Source: an uncultured Gammaproteobacteria bacterium
GTDB lineage: Bacteria > Pseudomonadota > Gammaproteobacteria > GCA-002705445 > GCA-002716945
DNA length: 64,000 nucleotides
Direction of reading: 5' to 3'
Assembly: GCA_902559355.1 (NCBI GenBank)
Contig: CACEHM010000001.1
Span: 145,829-209,828 of the forward strand
How positions within the stretch are numbered: the stretch's first letter is position 1; every line of letters starts with the position of its first letter. The notes below the pieces were generated by a model. The model did not search any database, was not told where the DNA came from, and saw only the letters and a program-made list of their open reading frames with translations. The position numbers and the translations under genes are program-made. This document shows, piece after piece, positions 58,519 to 64,000 of this stretch.

Positions 58519-59822
58519 ACAAGATAAGTATTAATCTTTCTCAAGTCAGAGTAATTTAATACATTTCTTAAATAATCAAGTGTCATTTCACTATAGATGT
58601 AGTCCATCATTATGTTTTTGCTATTAAATAAAGATTCTTGATATTTTATTCTTGCCCCTAATAATTGAGTGTCTGTATAAATTCCTTTCTCATTACCAAG
58701 TATCGCACTTTTATAAACTCTTAAATCACTATTAGTTAATTGCATTGATAAATCATATCTTTTTTTATTAGTGTTATAAGCATTCAAAGTATCAATAAGG
58801 TCTTTTCTAAGCGATCTCTTAGAGTTCGTATACTCTAGCCGTGCTTTTTTATATTTTAACCTTGCCTCTTTTGTCTTTGATGATTGATATCCTCCATTAT
58901 ATATTGGAAAATTCAATACTAGTGATATAGATGAGTCTTCTCGGGTTGTAGCTCCAAATTGTGAGCCACCCTGCGTGATATCAATATAATCATATTCAGC
59001 TATAAGATCTAATGTTGGGTAATGCTTGGATTTCTGAGATGCAATGTCATTCCTACTTATCTGTATATTTTGTTTTGCTAATTTAATAGAATTATTGTTG
59101 ATGTTAGCTGATTGTATTAATTCTTGAATTTCGTATAAGTGATGATTGAATTCTATAAGCTTTATATCATTGATATCATTTAGCTCTTTACCTGAAAATA
59201 TATATACTTCATTTTTAATTTCTGAAAGAGTGTCTTTGCTGATATTTACTTCAATTAATGATGCATCATAATTATTTTTATGTTTTTCATATTCTTCAAT
59301 TGTTATATTACCGCTATCGTAAAGTTTTTTAGAGGCATTATATTTAGAAAAATTAAATTCTTTTTTTATTTGATTAAGTTCAAATAAGTTTTTCTGTTTT
59401 ATGAGGTTGAAGTAATGCCTAACCGTTTCCAAAATAATAATTGTTTGTGAATCTTTTTCACGAATTTCATTTTCTTTAAGCACACCTTTTGATTTTTTTA
59501 TTTCATCAAAAACATAAAGGTGGAAAAGCGGTTGTTTAATAGATAAATTATATGTATCTCGATCATAATTAGATGGGTCATATGCACCACTTGAATCATA
59601 TCTTTCAATAGTGGTCTCGCTAGCACGGGCAGAAAAATTTATTTCTGGCAACATAGAAGATTGTGTTTGCTTTACAATCTCGTTTGCAATATCTAAGTCT
59701 GTTTTTTTCTGAGATAAATCAATATTATGTTTAAGCGCTCTATCGTATAAATTAATTATATCTGTAGCCCCAACATTAGTTGTGACAGAAAAAAATAATA
59801 AGAATATAAGTAATTTATTCAT
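58512..59822 (-). CDS. tolC: TolC family outer membrane channel
   Basis: Signal peptide, MLPEINF, HYPTLDL, FPIYNGG; pcm-rhodanese-tolC-waaA synteny. Confidence 0.88.
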   Translation of the reverse strand: MNKLLIFLLFFSVTTNVGATDIINLYDRALKHNIDLSQKKTDLDIANEIVKQTQSSMLPEINFSARASETTIERYDSSGAYDPSNYDRDTYNLSIKQPLFHLYVFDEIKKSKGVLKENEIREKDSQTIIILETVRHYFNLIKQKNLFELNQIKKEFNFSKYNASKKLYDSGNITIEEYEKHKNNYDASLIEVNISKDTLSEIKNEVYIFSGKELNDINDIKLIEFNHHLYEIQELIQSANINNNSIKLAKQNIQISRNDIASQKSKHYPTLDLIAEYDYIDITQGGSQFGATTREDSSISLVLNFPIYNGGYQSSKTKEARLKYKKARLEYTNSKRSLRKDLIDTLNAYNTNKKRYDLSMQLTNSDLRVYKSAILGNEKGIYTDTQLLGARIKYQESLFNSKNIMMDYIYSEMTLDYLRNVLNYSDLRKINTYLVW

Positions 59823-60142
59823 TTGTATTTTTTAATACTCGAGTCAACATCATCAGACCACTGTTCCATCCCGCCTGATAAATTATATAAATTTGCTTTC
59901 ACACCTTTTTGTTCTAGATAAAGAGCAACTGTTCTACTTCTGATACCATGATGACAAACAATTACGTATTCATTTGTATCACTAAATAGTTCGATGGAGC
60001 TTGGTATTTGGCCCATAGGAATATGTGTGCTATTTTCAATATGACCTCTATCGTATTCCCACTGCTCTCTTACATCGACAATTTTTACAATAGGGTTAGC
60101 TTTTATCATTTCATTCACTTCTTTGGCGCTCTTTTCTTCCAT
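59819..60142 (-). CDS. single-domain rhodanese-like sulfurtransferase
   Basis: VDVREQWE, VCHHGIRS, NLSGGM. Confidence 0.92.
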   Translation of the reverse strand: MEEKSAKEVNEMIKANPIVKIVDVREQWEYDRGHIENSTHIPMGQIPSSIELFSDTNEYVIVCHHGIRSRTVALYLEQKGVKANLYNLSGGMEQWSDDVDSSIKKYK

Positions 60143-60143
60143 G

Positions 60144-60767
60144 TTAATACCTTATTTGATTTGTTTGAGATGTTACTATATTTTTATACACTCTGTAACC
60201 ATTTCTTGCCTTAGCAATCATAATACCTGTCTTATAGGGAGATTTATATTGATTTATAAAGAAAAAGCTCTTGGTATCTTTCCCTAAGTAGTCAATAAAT
60301 TGTTCGTATGAGTCTATTGAGCAAGTAAATATTACTTTTGTATAGCTACTTAATTGATCTAAGCAATCCAAAATATTTTGGTGATTTAAAACAATCTTAT
60401 TACGATGTTGGCTATATAAATCTAAATTATTTTTTCCATAGCTAAAAAGCTTTGCATCAATCTCATATGATGAAACTATATCTGTTAAATGAGAGATACA
60501 TTCTGTTAGATAACCACTACCAGTCCCAACAATTAAAACATTATCATTTATATTGAAATCCATAGCTTGCATAATTTTTCCCTCACAAGAGGGGGTAAGC
60601 ATAAACTCTCCTGATTCCAAAGGTATAGATAAATCCGTATAAGAGAAACATTTATATTTTTCAGGTAGAAATAAATCTCTTTTGACCTTCTTAATAATGC
60701 TAAGAATTTTTTCATCTAGTATGTCATGACATCTATATATTGGAGTTAGCTTATCTATATTATTCAT
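60144..60767 (-). CDS. protein-L-isoaspartate O-methyltransferase-like (divergent)
   Basis: RDLFLP, YTDLSIPL, MLTP, VGTGSGY; C-terminus is divergent. Confidence 0.75.
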   Translation of the reverse strand: MNNIDKLTPIYRCHDILDEKILSIIKKVKRDLFLPEKYKCFSYTDLSIPLESGEFMLTPSCEGKIMQAMDFNINDNVLIVGTGSGYLTECISHLTDIVSSYEIDAKLFSYGKNNLDLYSQHRNKIVLNHQNILDCLDQLSSYTKVIFTCSIDSYEQFIDYLGKDTKSFFFINQYKSPYKTGIMIAKARNGYRVYKNIVTSQTNQIRY

Positions 60768-60808
60768 TTTATGATTATATATATCTTTGTGTTACTATTA
60801 TAGTGTAG

Positions 60809-62512
<1,704 letters not shown>

Positions 62513-63790
62513 TTATTTTTGCGAAGCTTTAAGAGCTTTATCTAGATCTTCTATAATGTCATCAATATTCTCAAGTCCGATAGAAAGCCTAACTAGATCT
62601 TCTGGAACCCCAGCTGCCTTTAATTCTTTTTTAGACAGTTGTCTATGTGTCGTACTAGCAGGGTGACAAGCAAGGGATTTAGCATCACCAATGTTAACGA
62701 GCCTTGTAATTAGATTAAGGTTGTCAATAAAGACGCCACCCTTTTTCATGCCACCTTTTATCCCAAAACTTAATACACTCGAAGCTTTACCGTTCATAAG
62801 CTTTTGAGTTAATTTATATTCTTTGTGAGACTCAAGACCAGGATAATTTACCCATGTTACACATTTATGATTTTCTAAGAATTTAGCTACCTCTATCGCA
62901 TTTTCACAATGCCTATCCATCCTTACATGGAGAGATTCAATACCTTGTAATATCATAAAACTGTTAAAAGGAGAAATTGCCGCACCCATATTCCTCAGTG
63001 GAACTACTCTAGCCGCTCCAATGAATGCCGCTTCACCCATGGCTTCAGTAAAGACTACTCCATGGTAAGACATGTCTGGAGTATTCAATCTCTTGAATTT
63101 TGTTTTATGTTTTGCCCATGGAAATTTTCCAGAATCTACTATTATTCCGCCAATCGTTGTTCCGTGTCCACCCATATATTTAGTTAGAGAATGAACAACT
63201 ATATCAGCACCATGTTCAATTGGTCTGAATAAATACGGAGACGGTACTGTGTTATCTACAATGAGAGGGATATTATGTTTATGTGCTACTCGAGCTATCT
63301 CTGGTATGTCAACAACATTGGCTGCTGGGTTTCCAATAGATTCACAAAATATAGCTTTAGTATTCTTATCTATTAATTTCTCGAGGCTAGAAATGTCATC
63401 ATGATCCCCAAATTTTACATCAACTCCAAATCTAGGTAATTGATGAGCAAAAAGAGTATATGTTCCACCATATAATGTGCTTGTGCTAATTATATTATCA
63501 CCAGCTTCACAAATCGTCATAATTGCATAAGTTGTAGCAGCTGAGCCTGAGGCTAGTGCTAATGCGCCTATACCACCTTCCATTGCTGCTACCCTTTTTT
63601 CAAGGACATCAGAAGTTGGGTTCATAATTCTTGTATATATATTACCTGCAACTTTTAAGTCAAATAAATCAGCACCGTGTTGAGTATCATCAAACGAGTA
63701 TGAAGTTGTTTGGTATATTGGTACTGCTACAGATTTTGTTGTTGGTTCTGGTGAATATCCACCGTGAATTGCTATTGTTTCAAATTTCAT
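62513..63790 (-). CDS. metY: O-acetylhomoserine aminocarboxypropyltransferase / sulfhydrylase
   Basis: PIYQTTSY, IYTRIMNPT, HSLTKYMGGHG, NIGDAKSLACHPASTTH. Confidence 0.93.
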   Translation of the reverse strand: MKFETIAIHGGYSPEPTTKSVAVPIYQTTSYSFDDTQHGADLFDLKVAGNIYTRIMNPTSDVLEKRVAAMEGGIGALALASGSAATTYAIMTICEAGDNIISTSTLYGGTYTLFAHQLPRFGVDVKFGDHDDISSLEKLIDKNTKAIFCESIGNPAANVVDIPEIARVAHKHNIPLIVDNTVPSPYLFRPIEHGADIVVHSLTKYMGGHGTTIGGIIVDSGKFPWAKHKTKFKRLNTPDMSYHGVVFTEAMGEAAFIGAARVVPLRNMGAAISPFNSFMILQGIESLHVRMDRHCENAIEVAKFLENHKCVTWVNYPGLESHKEYKLTQKLMNGKASSVLSFGIKGGMKKGGVFIDNLNLITRLVNIGDAKSLACHPASTTHRQLSKKELKAAGVPEDLVRLSIGLENIDDIIEDLDKALKASQK

Positions 63791-63842
63791 TACTCGAGCC
63801 CCTTTATTTACTTCCCTTACAGTCTATAAGATTAGCTCTATA

Positions 63843-64000
63843 TTATCTATCAAAAATATCATATTGAATAGAAAGAGATTTATCATCTTTAAGGGTGAAG
63901 CCCAGCCCAAGCAGCCTAATCGGTTTAATCGGGCTATTAATATTATTATTTAATAGTTGAATATAACTCTTAAGATTTAGAGTGTTGCATTTGGACTGTC
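63843..64000 (-). CDS. dinB: DNA polymerase IV (DinB), C-terminal fragment
   Basis: Manual translation ...IKPIRLLGLGFTLKDDKSLSIQYDIFDR*: little-finger RLLG motif plus a clamp-binding-like QYDIF. Confidence 0.7.
   Translation of the reverse strand, partial: QSKCNTLNLKSYIQLLNNNINSPIKPIRLLGLGFTLKDDKSLSIQYDIFDR

Noticed and set aside
63880..64000. Possible SAM-II/SAM-V riboswitch upstream of metY (AGCCC...GGGCT stem, GATTAAACCG, GCATTTGGACTGT)
   Set aside because: The GC-rich patch is explained by coding sequence, the DinB C-terminus (PIRLLGLGF...QYDIF); key riboswitch nucleotides do not match and it is far from the metY RBS.

Overview
An AT-rich, very densely packed chromosomal segment of a streamlined Gammaproteobacterium, probably marine. 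It is mostly core genes: aroB/aroK, hemE, gltD, rpsU, tsaD, an aa3-type cytochrome c oxidase and heme A operon, rpoH, rho/trxA, folate and purine genes, accBC, groESL, an Fe3+ ABC transporter with a Fur box, LPS core genes, thiC, metY and the 3' end of dinB. I found no rRNA, tRNA, CRISPR array or transposase. The main accessory locus is a sat-aprM-aprB-aprA (APS pathway) cluster. It is transcribed divergently from a 638-aa protein that keeps the PEP-carboxykinase catalytic motifs in order, but whose Walker A/P-loop is absent from its normal position and appears instead at the extreme C-terminus. This rearranged PEPCK-like enzyme next to APS-pathway genes is the best candidate for an undescribed system. 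Other observations: a ~450-bp insert bounded by 29-bp direct repeats, encoding two small membrane proteins inside the oxidase operon; a cutA remnant coupled to dsbD; an hldE split by a +1 frame change; and a recurring -10-N6-ATG pattern suggesting leaderless mRNAs. All calls come from motif recognition by eye; no searches were run.
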